Assembly: GCA_043811635.1 (NCBI GenBank)
Contig: JBDRNB010000016.1
Coordinates: 1-28,370, forward strand
Direction: 5' to 3'
Length of the DNA: 28,370 nucleotides
Source: Candidatus Aenigmatarchaeota archaeon
Lineage (GTDB): Archaea > Aenigmatarchaeota > Aenigmatarchaeia > QMZP01
The position numbers and the translations under genes were made by a program. Positions 8,014-17,101 of the stretch are shown piece after piece (position 1 is the stretch's first letter; each line of letters opens with the position of its first letter). The notes beneath the pieces were generated by a model. That model ran no database searches, was not told the origin of the DNA, and saw nothing but the letters and a program-made list of their open reading frames with translations.

Positions 8014-9483
8014 TCAATCGAACATTCTTTTTCCATGGTATTTTCCAAAAACAGTTTCTATTATCTTTCTACTCTCACCAGTATAATGTGCAGGATCGCT
8101 CATATCCCTTATCACGTCTTCATCAAAACGTGAATTTATTCTATCATCTGCTAATAGAGCATCTGCATAGGGCGTTCGGTTTCTGAAAGCAGTAGTTGCA
8201 AGTTCAGCTGCAATTTCATGTGCTTCATCCCACGTTAGAGGAGCATCCGTTCTTCTAGCATCTGTTAGATGAGTCATCACATTCCTGGATGTTGTAACAC
8301 CATATGATCTATCAATTCGTTCTTTGGCGCGCTCTTCATCAAGAATGAGCTTAGACATCACGTCAGCCATCCTTCTAATAACATGATCACCGAATTTGAA
8401 CATATCATCGAAATAGATTCTATCTGGGGCAGAACCAACAAGATCACGCGCATAATCAAATATACATGTAGACAAATTGTAAGCAACAGGACCTATCATA
8501 TATCTTGCAAACCCCTCAGCTTGTTCCTCAGCTGTTTGATTACCTCCTTTCAAATCCTTTTGTGGCATCGAAGATGATCCCTTTTTCTTCAATGGGAATG
8601 TAAAAAGTCTGGAATCATCCCCTCTATGAAACCTTACATTATGTGCTAAATTACCTACACTCTGTCCCACTAAAGAAAGCATCATAGGAGTCAAGGTCAG
8701 CATTTCCCTTGAAGGAACCTGTGCAGAAGCATCCATATATTGTAAACCTAATTTCTTACAATATAATTCCTGGAGCAATGGACCATCAAAACCACTAGCT
8801 TTTGCCTCATGGAAATTTCCAGTGGCATCAGACCATTTCCCATAGAGTTTTTCATCATGCACACGCTTTAATTCTTCAAGACAAAATTGCAGTGTCTCAG
8901 CATAAAAGGCAAACGGCCTTCCAACATGTGAAGACAATGCATCATTAAGATGAGTCAAATCTATGCTAGGTTTGTCAGACCAGTCCAAATAAGCTCTTTC
9001 GAGTGTTATATCTCTAAGATTCTCACCAGAATCTATTATTGTTCTTATAGCGTCCCTTATCTGAAGAGCTTGTGTTGTCACAGTTGTGCATGCACTTGCC
9101 CTGAATTTATTGATATATCTACCTGCTTCTGGGCTAACAACACCATTCCATCCCCTGTTAATAGCTATTACATCATGTCCAGTATCAGCTTCTATAGCTC
9201 TGATAACGTCAGCACCAATAACATCTACTTTGGCTTTTCTCACCAGTTCATCTGTAATCTCAGCAGAAATAAAATCAGGATCAACTTCTCTTATAGTTTC
9301 AATAGAAGCAGCCTGTGAGTCCAAACTATACTGAAATGTCGCTTCATCTCCCCATATACCTCGTTTAATACCTACACCACACATTTCATCTGTGCCGTAT
9401 CTACCATGCGATAGTCTAGCAGAATCAATCTCTCTAATATCATGGTGTTTTGGTTCGGTCCTTTCTAACACAGGCTTGGTCAT
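8014..9483 (-). CDS. purB: Adenylosuccinate lyase-like protein (fumarase/aspartase superfamily), divergent
   Basis: GRYGTDEM, HDVIA, THL, GKWSDATG, AQV.SRE, signature SSSMPQK...N...E, RD......DR. Confidence 0.82.
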   Translation of the reverse strand: MTKPVLERTEPKHHDIREIDSARLSHGRYGTDEMCGVGIKRGIWGDEATFQYSLDSQAASIETIREVDPDFISAEITDELVRKAKVDVIGADVIRAIEADTGHDVIAINRGWNGVVSPEAGRYINKFRASACTTVTTQALQIRDAIRTIIDSGENLRDITLERAYLDWSDKPSIDLTHLNDALSSHVGRPFAFYAETLQFCLEELKRVHDEKLYGKWSDATGNFHEAKASGFDGPLLQELYCKKLGLQYMDASAQVPSREMLTLTPMMLSLVGQSVGNLAHNVRFHRGDDSRLFTFPLKKKGSSSMPQKDLKGGNQTAEEQAEGFARYMIGPVAYNLSTCIFDYARDLVGSAPDRIYFDDMFKFGDHVIRRMADVMSKLILDEERAKERIDRSYGVTTSRNVMTHLTDARRTDAPLTWDEAHEIAAELATTAFRNRTPYADALLADDRINSRFDEDVIRDMSDPAHYTGESRKIIETVFGKYHGKRMFD

Positions 9484-9558
9484 AAATTCAAATTAATAAT
9501 AAATTTTAAATACAGAAGCGCGAATCAAAACTTAAATCTCCCCCTGCGTAACTATTCA

Positions 9559-9572
9559 TAAACATGTGTTTA
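9559..9572. promoter_or_regulatory. Palindromic operator-like site 1, TAAACA-TG-TGTTTA
   Basis: Perfect 6-2-6 inverted repeat, 13/14 identical to the core of site 2. Confidence 0.7.
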
Positions 9573-9589
9573 CAGTATATACTTTTTAG

Positions 9590-9607
9590 TATATAAACCT
9601 TTATATA
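9590..9607 (+). promoter_or_regulatory. TATA box TTTATATA (9600-9607) inside the palindrome TATATAAA-CC-TTTATATA
   Basis: Read directly; about 33 nt upstream of the HTH ATG at 9640. Confidence 0.6.
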
Positions 9608-9620
9608 TTAATAAAATTAA

Positions 9621-9640
9621 TTATAAACAGGTGTTTATAA
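9621..9640. promoter_or_regulatory. Palindromic operator-like site 2, TTATAAACA-GG-TGTTTATAA, overlapping the SD and start codon of the HTH gene
   Basis: Perfect 9-2-9 inverted repeat containing AGGTG; its last base is the A of ATG 9640. Confidence 0.75.
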
Positions 9641-9867
9641 TGAGAAAGGAACCAGCGAAACCAGAACTCATCAATAAAATTTTACAAGAGCTTAGCAAAC
9701 ATCCAGAAGGCGTCTGGATAAGAAAACTAGCTCGAAATATCAAGGAGCCTCTAGCCACGGTTTACAAATATGTAATCAGAGAGGATTACTGTGGAAAATA
9801 TATTACAATGGAGAAGAGAGATAATGAGCTTGGCGGGCATTTGATGATTAAAAGAAAAGGTGAATAA
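9640..9867 (+). CDS. Small helix-turn-helix DNA-binding protein (75 aa)
   Basis: GVWIRKLARNIKEPLATVYKYV helix-turn-helix pattern; SD AGGTG before ATG 9640; its stop abuts the next ATG. Confidence 0.8.
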   Translation: MRKEPAKPELINKILQELSKHPEGVWIRKLARNIKEPLATVYKYVIREDYCGKYITMEKRDNELGGHLMIKRKGE

Positions 9868-11013
9868 ATGGAAGAACATAAAAGAGAATACAGTCTATGG
9901 GACTTGCCTGAAAAGAATGTGTACGTTAAGATTAAAGAAGACATAAGGTTAGACTTTTTTAACTTTATCAAATCTAATCATGGTGGAGCAAAAAAACTAT
10001 CTAAATCCTGCAAAAATATAAAACTAACTAATTCGCATATATATAATTGGAGAAGGGGTATTAATTTTATTCCTTTAGAAATTCTCAACAAATTCTTATC
10101 AATTCTAGAAAAAAAAGACAAATTGCGATATCAAAATCTTATTTCAACAAATATAGAAAAATTAAAATCAGGTTCGAACAGTAGAAATATTTCCAATGTA
10201 AAATTTCCAATAAAGTTTTCAACAAATTTAGCTAGAATAGCAGGTCATCTAGTGGGTGATGGTGGTATAAGCGCTACAGGAGAAGAAAAATATACTACCT
10301 ATTATTCTAATAAATGTTACGATTTGATTAAACTCTTTAAAGATGATATAGAAAAAAATTTTGGTAATATAAAAATCTATGTATTTTTTGATAAAAGATA
10401 TAAAGTTTTTCAAATTAAACTTCCCAAAATAGTAGGAATAATCTTAGCTCAATTTTTTGGATTTCAGGCAAATGACTTAAAACATGTCCCAAAAGTAGTA
10501 TCACAATCGGATAAAATATACAAATCATTATTTTTACAAGCTTTATTTGATGATGAGGCCAACGTAGATAAGAGTGGCCGTAAAATAACTATTATGATGA
10601 CAAACAGGAAAATAATAAGAGATGTTAAATGCATACTTAATTCTCTTAATATAACAACAGGCGAAGTAAAAGAAATAAAAAAAACAAAAGATAACAGGCA
10701 ATCCATTTTTGGATTTTATATTACACATAATAAAAATTTCCTAGAATTTCATGAAGAGATTGGTTTTTCACATCCAAATAAAAAAGCCAATTTAAAATCA
10801 TTAATTGAAGATTATCACCCTCACTATGAAAATGGTGAGATGGACAAAAACATTATTAAATTGTTAAGAAATAAAAGAATGACAGCACTAGAATTGTCCA
10901 TCGAATTAGAAAGATCATGTTCCAGAACAAAACAAAAATTACAAGAACTAGAAAGAAATAATATAATAAAGGCGATTGTTGCCAAACAAAACCTAAAAAT
11001 ATATCACATGTAA
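9868..11013 (+). CDS. Free-standing LAGLIDADG (DOD-type) endonuclease-family protein with N- and C-terminal HTH-like segments
   Basis: Motif 1 LARIAGHLVGDGGI, K.VP (DLKHVPK), motif 2 FLQALFDDEANV, IGFSHPNKK block; C-terminal MTALELSIELERSCSRTKQKLQELERNNII. No intein splicing residues. SD AGGTGA at 9858-9863. Confidence 0.85.
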   Translation: MEEHKREYSLWDLPEKNVYVKIKEDIRLDFFNFIKSNHGGAKKLSKSCKNIKLTNSHIYNWRRGINFIPLEILNKFLSILEKKDKLRYQNLISTNIEKLKSGSNSRNISNVKFPIKFSTNLARIAGHLVGDGGISATGEEKYTTYYSNKCYDLIKLFKDDIEKNFGNIKIYVFFDKRYKVFQIKLPKIVGIILAQFFGFQANDLKHVPKVVSQSDKIYKSLFLQALFDDEANVDKSGRKITIMMTNRKIIRDVKCILNSLNITTGEVKEIKKTKDNRQSIFGFYITHNKNFLEFHEEIGFSHPNKKANLKSLIEDYHPHYENGEMDKNIIKLLRNKRMTALELSIELERSCSRTKQKLQELERNNIIKAIVAKQNLKIYHM

Positions 11014-11022
11014 GAGGTTCAA

Positions 11023-13890
11023 ATGGATAAATCAGTAATAATTAAAAAATTTCAGAAAGATCCAAAGAAGTACTGGGAAGTAGAGCTCTTTAGAGAGAAG
11101 GGATTTGTCAGAAGGCAATGCGAAACATGCAAGAAATATTTTTGGACACTTAATTCTGATAGAAAAACATGCGCAGATTCCACATGCGAACCATATGGAT
11201 TCATAGGAAAGACAATCACAGCCGGCAAATGGAATTATGTAGAGACATGGAAGATGTTTGAGAAATTTTTTGTCAGGAATGGCCACGAGTCAATCAAGAG
11301 ATACCCGGTGATAGATCGTATAAGGCCTGACCTGTACTTCACCATAGCCTCTATCCAGAACTTCCAGCGGATAGACAACGGAAATATGAGCTTTGTGTAT
11401 CCAGCTAACCCACTTATTGTTCCCCAGGTATGCCTGAGATTCAATGACATAGCATCGGTAGGAGTAAGTGGAAGACATCTCACATCCTTTGTCATGCCTG
11501 GACAGCATGCATTCAACTACCCAAAGGAAGGATACTTCAAAGACAGATGCATGGAGCTTAATTTCAATTTTCTTGTTGGTGTGATGGGCATACCACAAAA
11601 CGAATTGATATACGCAGAGGACATGTGGTCAATGCCAGGAGCCTTTGGCCCATCTATTGAAACCTTTAGTAAAGGGTTAGAACTTGTAAACCATGTTTTT
11701 ATGCAATTTCAGCCTAGTAATTCTACTTTCAAAGAGCTTCCAATAAAGGTAATAGATACCGGTTGGGGATTAAATAGGCTGGTTTGGTTTTCAAACGGAA
11801 CCAATACCATGTATGAATCCACATTCGGACCAATGATAGACCGAATGAAGAAGAGCTGTGGAATAGAGCTCAAGCCTGGCTTATTCTCAAAATACTCAGA
11901 GCTTGCTGGAGCACTTGACATATCAGAGATCAATGACCCTGAAAAGGCAAAGAAGAAGATAGCAGACGCTCTAGGCATCTCCTTGAAGGAGATGAATGAC
12001 AGAATAAATCCAATGACTGCTGTTTATGCAATAGCAGACCATATAAGAACGCTACTCTTCGCCATAACAGATGGAGGCATACCATCGAATATTGGAGGAG
12101 GATACAACCTGAGGGTCATACTTAGAAGAGCTCTTTCATTCATAGATGAATACAAGCTGAATATTGATCTGTACAATGTTGCAGAAGAGCATGCAAAATT
12201 CCTGAAACCCATATTCCCTGAACTGACAGAATCGCTTGAGAATGTGAAGAAGATACTGGAGATAGAGAAACAGAAGTATGATTCAACAATAGAGAATGGA
12301 AAAAACATAATCGCAAAGCTTCTGCAGAAGAAGCAGGAGATCACAGAAAAGAAGTTCATAGAGCTTTATGAATCCCATGGGATATCACCTGAGATCATAT
12401 CAAAGGAAGCAGATGTTCCAATACCAGGCTCCCTGTACTCAAAACTAACAGCGGGGCATGAATCTATAAAGGAGAAGAAAAGCAAGATTGACATAGGGGT
12501 AATGGAGCCGACAGAAATCTTATTCTACAAACAACCTGATAAAAAAGAGTTCACAGCAAAGATTCTGAAGGTGATAGACAAAAAGCATGTGATTTTGGAC
12601 AAGACCTTGTTCTACGCGCGTTCAGGAGGCCAGGATTGCGATCAGGGAACGCTCAACGGAAAGAAGGTATATAATGTGGAGAAGATTGGGAATGTGTTTG
12701 TACATGATGTTGAGAAGCCAAACTTCAAGGCTGGAGAGATTGTTTCAGGAAAGATAGACTGGCATAGAAGAAAGCAGCTTATGCAGCACCACACAGCTAT
12801 TCACCTACTTAACGGAGTCACAAAGAAGATCCTAGGCAGTCATGTCTGGCAGGCTGGTGCAGAGAAGACTGTTGAAAAGGCACACCTGGACATCACACAC
12901 TACAAGCCGCTTGCACAAGAAGAGCTGGACAAGATAGAGGAGGAGGCAAACAATATAATAAAGAAGAAGATACCCACAACTTCAGCATGGCTTCCAAGAG
13001 GAGAAGCAGAAGGCAAGCATGGACTTGCCTTATACCAGGGAGGGGTTGTTCCTGGAAATGAGATACGTGTATTGGAGATACCAGGAACAGATGTGGAAGC
13101 ATGTGGAGGAATACATGTACACAACACAGGAGATATAGAGCAAATGATAATCATAGGTTCAGAGCGAATACAGGATGGGATAAATAGAATAACAATCAAG
13201 GCTGGCGCGGCAGCAGATGCATATCTCGATCACACATTCGCGATAGCAAACAACATAGTTGAGATAATAAAGAAGCTTGAGATCATAAAATTCTCTGAGA
13301 AATTCTCCAAGAAGCTTACAAGGGAGATCGCATTCAAGGAACTGCAGAAATGCGCACGTCTGTTCTCAGTCTCAGTGGACAAGCTCGAGAAGACAATCAC
13401 GAAATTCTATGTGGACATACTTGAGCAGAGGAATAACTTAGACCTGATGAACAAGCAGGTTGGTGTATCATCCAAAACACTTGAAAAGAGAAAGGCAGAC
13501 ACGTTAGAGGATGCATGTAATTATCTGTTTGAGTTGTGGAAGGAGCAGAGGAAGGAGACAGAAAATCTTACCAAGGAGGTATCAGGTAAGGTTGCGGAAA
13601 AGCTAGAGGAAAAGATCAAGGACAAGCAGATCGTGGAGATGATACAGGGTGACAGAAAGGAATTGATCAGCACTGCAGACTCCCTGATCAAGGGACACCC
13701 AGATATAACCATAGTGCTTGCCAATCACATAGGAGACATCATCTGCAGAACAGATACAAAGGACGCAAGCCAGGTTCTGGAGATCATCACCAAACAAGCA
13801 GGTGGGACAGGCGGCGGCAGAAAGCATTTCGCACAGGGAAAGATCGAAGTCTCCAAACTACTGAAGATAATAGAGAATATCAGGGTGTGA
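11023..13890 (+). CDS. alaS: Alanine--tRNA ligase, archaeal type
   Basis: N-terminal C..C...C....C, FTIASI, CLRFNDI..VG.SGRH, IDTGWGLNR, AIADH.R, editing motifs HHTAIH and CGGIH, C-terminal GGGR..FAQG. Confidence 0.98.
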   Translation: MDKSVIIKKFQKDPKKYWEVELFREKGFVRRQCETCKKYFWTLNSDRKTCADSTCEPYGFIGKTITAGKWNYVETWKMFEKFFVRNGHESIKRYPVIDRIRPDLYFTIASIQNFQRIDNGNMSFVYPANPLIVPQVCLRFNDIASVGVSGRHLTSFVMPGQHAFNYPKEGYFKDRCMELNFNFLVGVMGIPQNELIYAEDMWSMPGAFGPSIETFSKGLELVNHVFMQFQPSNSTFKELPIKVIDTGWGLNRLVWFSNGTNTMYESTFGPMIDRMKKSCGIELKPGLFSKYSELAGALDISEINDPEKAKKKIADALGISLKEMNDRINPMTAVYAIADHIRTLLFAITDGGIPSNIGGGYNLRVILRRALSFIDEYKLNIDLYNVAEEHAKFLKPIFPELTESLENVKKILEIEKQKYDSTIENGKNIIAKLLQKKQEITEKKFIELYESHGISPEIISKEADVPIPGSLYSKLTAGHESIKEKKSKIDIGVMEPTEILFYKQPDKKEFTAKILKVIDKKHVILDKTLFYARSGGQDCDQGTLNGKKVYNVEKIGNVFVHDVEKPNFKAGEIVSGKIDWHRRKQLMQHHTAIHLLNGVTKKILGSHVWQAGAEKTVEKAHLDITHYKPLAQEELDKIEEEANNIIKKKIPTTSAWLPRGEAEGKHGLALYQGGVVPGNEIRVLEIPGTDVEACGGIHVHNTGDIEQMIIIGSERIQDGINRITIKAGAAADAYLDHTFAIANNIVEIIKKLEIIKFSEKFSKKLTREIAFKELQKCARLFSVSVDKLEKTITKFYVDILEQRNNLDLMNKQVGVSSKTLEKRKADTLEDACNYLFELWKEQRKETENLTKEVSGKVAEKLEEKIKDKQIVEMIQGDRKELISTADSLIKGHPDITIVLANHIGDIICRTDTKDASQVLEIITKQAGGTGGGRKHFAQGKIEVSKLLKIIENIRV

Positions 13891-13891
13891 C

Positions 13892-14524
13892 ATGATCGAT
13901 GTTATTATTATTTTAGGTGGCGGTCTTGATTCAGATGGATCCCCACATAAATGGGTTAAAAAAAGACTTGACAAGGCATTAGAAGAGTACACAGGCAAGG
14001 AGTATGTAATGACATGCACAAGAGGAACCGTGCACAAGCCGCAGATGCTAGATAATAAAGGATTTCCAGTAGATGAATGCATTCCCATGGCACGTTATCT
14101 GGAAAAGAAGGGAATACCATCTCAGAATATACTTTTAGAAAACATGTCATTTGACACCATAGGCAATGCATACTTCTCGAGGATGATACACGTGGAGCCC
14201 ATGAGACTGAAAAACATACTGATCATAACATCTGAGTTTCACATGCCACGCAGCATGGAGGCCTTCAGATGGGTCTACAACTTGACACCAACACTAATTG
14301 AATACAATCTTGACTTCATGTCAGTATCTGATGAAGGAATAGATCCTGATATACTGAACCCACGAATGGAAAGGGAGAGGCAGAGCATCAAAAAACTGCT
14401 CAATGCAGAAAAGAACATCAAGACACTACAAGGCTTCCACAAATGGTTCTTCACAAAACACGAGGCGTATGCCTTTGGAAAAAAACCAGAACGAATTACA
14501 GGCAAAGAAAGGGAAACATACTAA
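13892..14524 (+). CDS. YdcF / DUF218 (ElyC/SanA-like) family protein
   Basis: IIILGGG, ENMSFDTIGNA, IITSEFHMPRS. Confidence 0.88.
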   Translation: MIDVIIILGGGLDSDGSPHKWVKKRLDKALEEYTGKEYVMTCTRGTVHKPQMLDNKGFPVDECIPMARYLEKKGIPSQNILLENMSFDTIGNAYFSRMIHVEPMRLKNILIITSEFHMPRSMEAFRWVYNLTPTLIEYNLDFMSVSDEGIDPDILNPRMERERQSIKKLLNAEKNIKTLQGFHKWFFTKHEAYAFGKKPERITGKERETY

Positions 14525-15516
14525 TTATTGGTCACATAATTGTACACAGTCTGAGATATCTTGCTTATGATTCTATTTGCTTCGGCCTCGTTTGTATTCT
14601 TGCTCATTATACATATCAGATAATACTTATTTGAGTAAACTATGCCACAGTCATGGTAGCTTCCAGTCTTCTCTTCAATTCCTATTTTATGAGCAACCTT
14701 TACATTCGATGGTATGCCTGCTTTCAATTGGCTATTGAATATAGTATCAGAGAGGTCAGATAGCAACATCTGGGAAAAGGGCCTCCTAAGATAACTGGAC
14801 AAATACAGAGAACGAAATGCATTGGAATATTCTTTTGGAGATATCAAATTGGCTTCTTGTGAGTCAGTTTTGAAGAACGTTCTCAGAGGCAGTCCCATGG
14901 AAAGTGATGCTTCGACCAAATCATCTATAGTAACAATCCTTTTCAATACATTCGAAGCTGTGTTATCCGATTCTTTTGCAGTCATTTCTATTAGTTCATC
15001 TACTGTTAATGCCCTGCCTGCTCCTCTTAATGCGAGGTCACCGAAATTATAGTCCAAGTCTTCTGGCAGCACTTCCAATTTATCATCCAAATTCAGATCC
15101 CCATTTTCCACCTTTTTGAGTATGGATGCTATTGTGGTCACTTTAATAAGACTTCCGGGATTGAATTTTTCCTTTTCATTTATACCAATCCATGCGCCAG
15201 AATTAAGATCCTCAAAATAAAACCCATAATCTCCTTCAGTTTTTTCTTCTAGAATGTCCGCTACCAATATTCTTAGAGGTTTATAATACACAGCTATCTC
15301 CTTTTGTTCCTCTAGGAATTCCTTAGTTGTCAAATCCGCTATATAAGGACTTAAAAAATCATAATTCTGATCCTTTGAATCAAGAAGTACGGTAGAACTA
15401 TACACAGAGCTGCCTATAAAAAGGGAGTTGTAAAGCAGCACTATATTGAAGAAAGCTAGGATAATAATAAGAGTATATGGAAACAAATCCCTTCTTCGAT
15501 TGAATAATATACTCAT
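14521..15516 (-). CDS. Membrane-anchored serine hydrolase, class A beta-lactamase-like fold
   Basis: N-terminal TM helix; SxxK (GSLIK), SDN (ESDNTA), KTG-equivalent HKIG. ATG 15516 chosen because AGGTGA lies just upstream. Confidence 0.88.
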   Translation of the reverse strand: MSILFNRRRDLFPYTLIIILAFFNIVLLYNSLFIGSSVYSSTVLLDSKDQNYDFLSPYIADLTTKEFLEEQKEIAVYYKPLRILVADILEEKTEGDYGFYFEDLNSGAWIGINEKEKFNPGSLIKVTTIASILKKVENGDLNLDDKLEVLPEDLDYNFGDLALRGAGRALTVDELIEMTAKESDNTASNVLKRIVTIDDLVEASLSMGLPLRTFFKTDSQEANLISPKEYSNAFRSLYLSSYLRRPFSQMLLSDLSDTIFNSQLKAGIPSNVKVAHKIGIEEKTGSYHDCGIVYSNKYYLICIMSKNTNEAEANRIISKISQTVYNYVTNN

Positions 15517-15564
15517 GATCACCTGAACGTACAAAATAATATAAGATAAGAGAGATTTAAATAT

Positions 15565-16638
15565 CTACTTCTTCATATAAACAGTCTGCGTCGGGAATGC
15601 GAATTCTATCTTTGCCTTCTCGAATTCTTCGAGGATCTTCATGTTGATTTCACCTTGGATATCTCTCCACCTTGACGTGTCTTTGATAAAGCAGATAACA
15701 AGAATGTTCAGGCTGAAGTCCTTGAACTCAGAGAGCGTCACGCTTGGATCATTCTCGCAGTCGTCTCTTAAATTTATAATCTTCTTCACGATCTCCATTC
15801 CCTTCTTCAGCTTCTTGGGCGGGGTGTTGTATGTGACTCCAAGGCTGAACATGTATTTTCTTAAAGGGGCTGAAGCTATGTTCTCTATGATGCTATTGGC
15901 CACCTTGCTATTTGGTATTGTAACAAGCCTCTTATCCCAGTTTCTTATCCTGGTATGCCTCACACCAATCTCTTCCACAACACCTGAGACATTTTCCACA
16001 TTCACAGCATCCCCGACCTTGAACGGCTGCGAAGTGATGATTGAGAAGCCGCCAAAAGCGTCTGATATGGTCTCTTTTGCAGCGAATGCAAATGCAAGCC
16101 CACCAACACCAAGGCCAGCTATAAGAGCTGTCACATCATACCCGAAGTTGTCGAGTATTATGATCAGGAACAATGCTATTACAGCGAATTTCGCAAGCTT
16201 GCTCAGAAGAGGGACAAGCTGATCATCAAGCTTTGTGTCGCTCTTGCTTGCAACCGTCCCAATACACTCCCTTATCACAACATCAATCACCTTTATAATC
16301 ACATACATGATGAGCAGTGTGATCAGTATCCCAATCACACTGGACGCAAAAGATGCTATTTCTGGAGTCAATGTGAGAAATTGCATTCCAACAAGAAGGC
16401 CTGCAATAAACAATCCTCCAATCAGAGGTTTTTGTATCAGTTGAATAATAATATCATCCATCCTGGTCTTTGTTTTTGCTGTTATCTTCGATACATAATT
16501 TTTGAATATATAGTAGATGATTTTTGCGATTATCACGAAGACTATGATAGTAATGAAAAAGAACGCATACTGTGCTATTGTGCTTCCAAAATACAGCTGG
16601 CTTCCAAATATATCAGTCAAAGATCCTAGCTCAATCAT
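15565..16638 (-). CDS. mscS: Small-conductance mechanosensitive channel (MscS family)
   Basis: Several N-terminal TMs, ALIAGLGVGGLAFAFAAKE pore helix, PFKVGD, IPNS, FAFPTQT. ATG 16638 follows GGGAG. Confidence 0.95.
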   Translation of the reverse strand: MIELGSLTDIFGSQLYFGSTIAQYAFFFITIIVFVIIAKIIYYIFKNYVSKITAKTKTRMDDIIIQLIQKPLIGGLFIAGLLVGMQFLTLTPEIASFASSVIGILITLLIMYVIIKVIDVVIRECIGTVASKSDTKLDDQLVPLLSKLAKFAVIALFLIIILDNFGYDVTALIAGLGVGGLAFAFAAKETISDAFGGFSIITSQPFKVGDAVNVENVSGVVEEIGVRHTRIRNWDKRLVTIPNSKVANSIIENIASAPLRKYMFSLGVTYNTPPKKLKKGMEIVKKIINLRDDCENDPSVTLSEFKDFSLNILVICFIKDTSRWRDIQGEINMKILEEFEKAKIEFAFPTQTVYMKK

Positions 16639-16639
16639 A

Positions 16640-17101
16640 CTATTCAAACTCCCTAAGCAGGCATTCCCTTGGCTTCACAGGCGAGATTGTACAGAATTTA
16701 TCTGTGATCAGTTCCTCTGTTACATCATCCTCAATCTCAGTAACACTGCCTCCAATCCCTGTCATTCTTAAGGAAGTATCATTGCCTACAACAGCCTGAA
16801 GCACCATGTAACCTTGATATCTGTTTGCAACATTCTCCAGTAGCTGCTTATCCTCAAGGCAGCTCTCACAATCCTCTTCGTATATATATTGCATAAGAAC
16901 CATGCCGTTCTGAAGTATATACAATACTTCGCCCCTATCAAGATCCCTGTAGACAACTGTGGGTATCTGAACTGTTTGATCATCTCCAATCTCTTGGGAG
17001 CTTCTTCCCATAAGCTGGAGGCCTGCAAATCCAGCCATTGAAGCAAGCATGACTATCCCAATAATAGCTGCCATTATCTTGTTCCTTGTATGTTCTTCCA
17101 T
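16640..17101 (-). CDS. Membrane-anchored thioredoxin-like CxxC protein
   Basis: N-terminal hydrophobic anchor, YIYEEDCESC after a beta-strand, and a second Cys pair near the C-terminus. Confidence 0.65.
   Translation of the reverse strand: MEEHTRNKIMAAIIGIVMLASMAGFAGLQLMGRSSQEIGDDQTVQIPTVVYRDLDRGEVLYILQNGMVLMQYIYEEDCESCLEDKQLLENVANRYQGYMVLQAVVGNDTSLRMTGIGGSVTEIEDDVTEELITDKFCTISPVKPRECLLREFE

Larger units (their letters stand above)
9484..11022 (+). mobile_element. Putative AT-rich acquired cassette (HTH + LAGLIDADG) between purB and alaS
   Basis: Sharp compositional shift (hand count 14/60 G+C at 10081-10140 versus 28/60 at 12061-12120 in alaS) plus homing-endonuclease-type motifs. No terminal repeats or target-site duplication identified. 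Confidence 0.45.

Noticed and set aside
7923-8036. 37-aa minus-strand [40 protein letters not shown] overlapping the purB and rpl12 ends
   Set aside because: It is short, overlaps both neighbours, has no SD and no recognisable family.
9868-11013. LAGLIDADG gene as an intein or intron of alaS
   Set aside because: It has its own SD/ATG and TAA stop, lacks the N-terminal Cys/Ser and C-terminal His-Asn, and alaS starts intact downstream.
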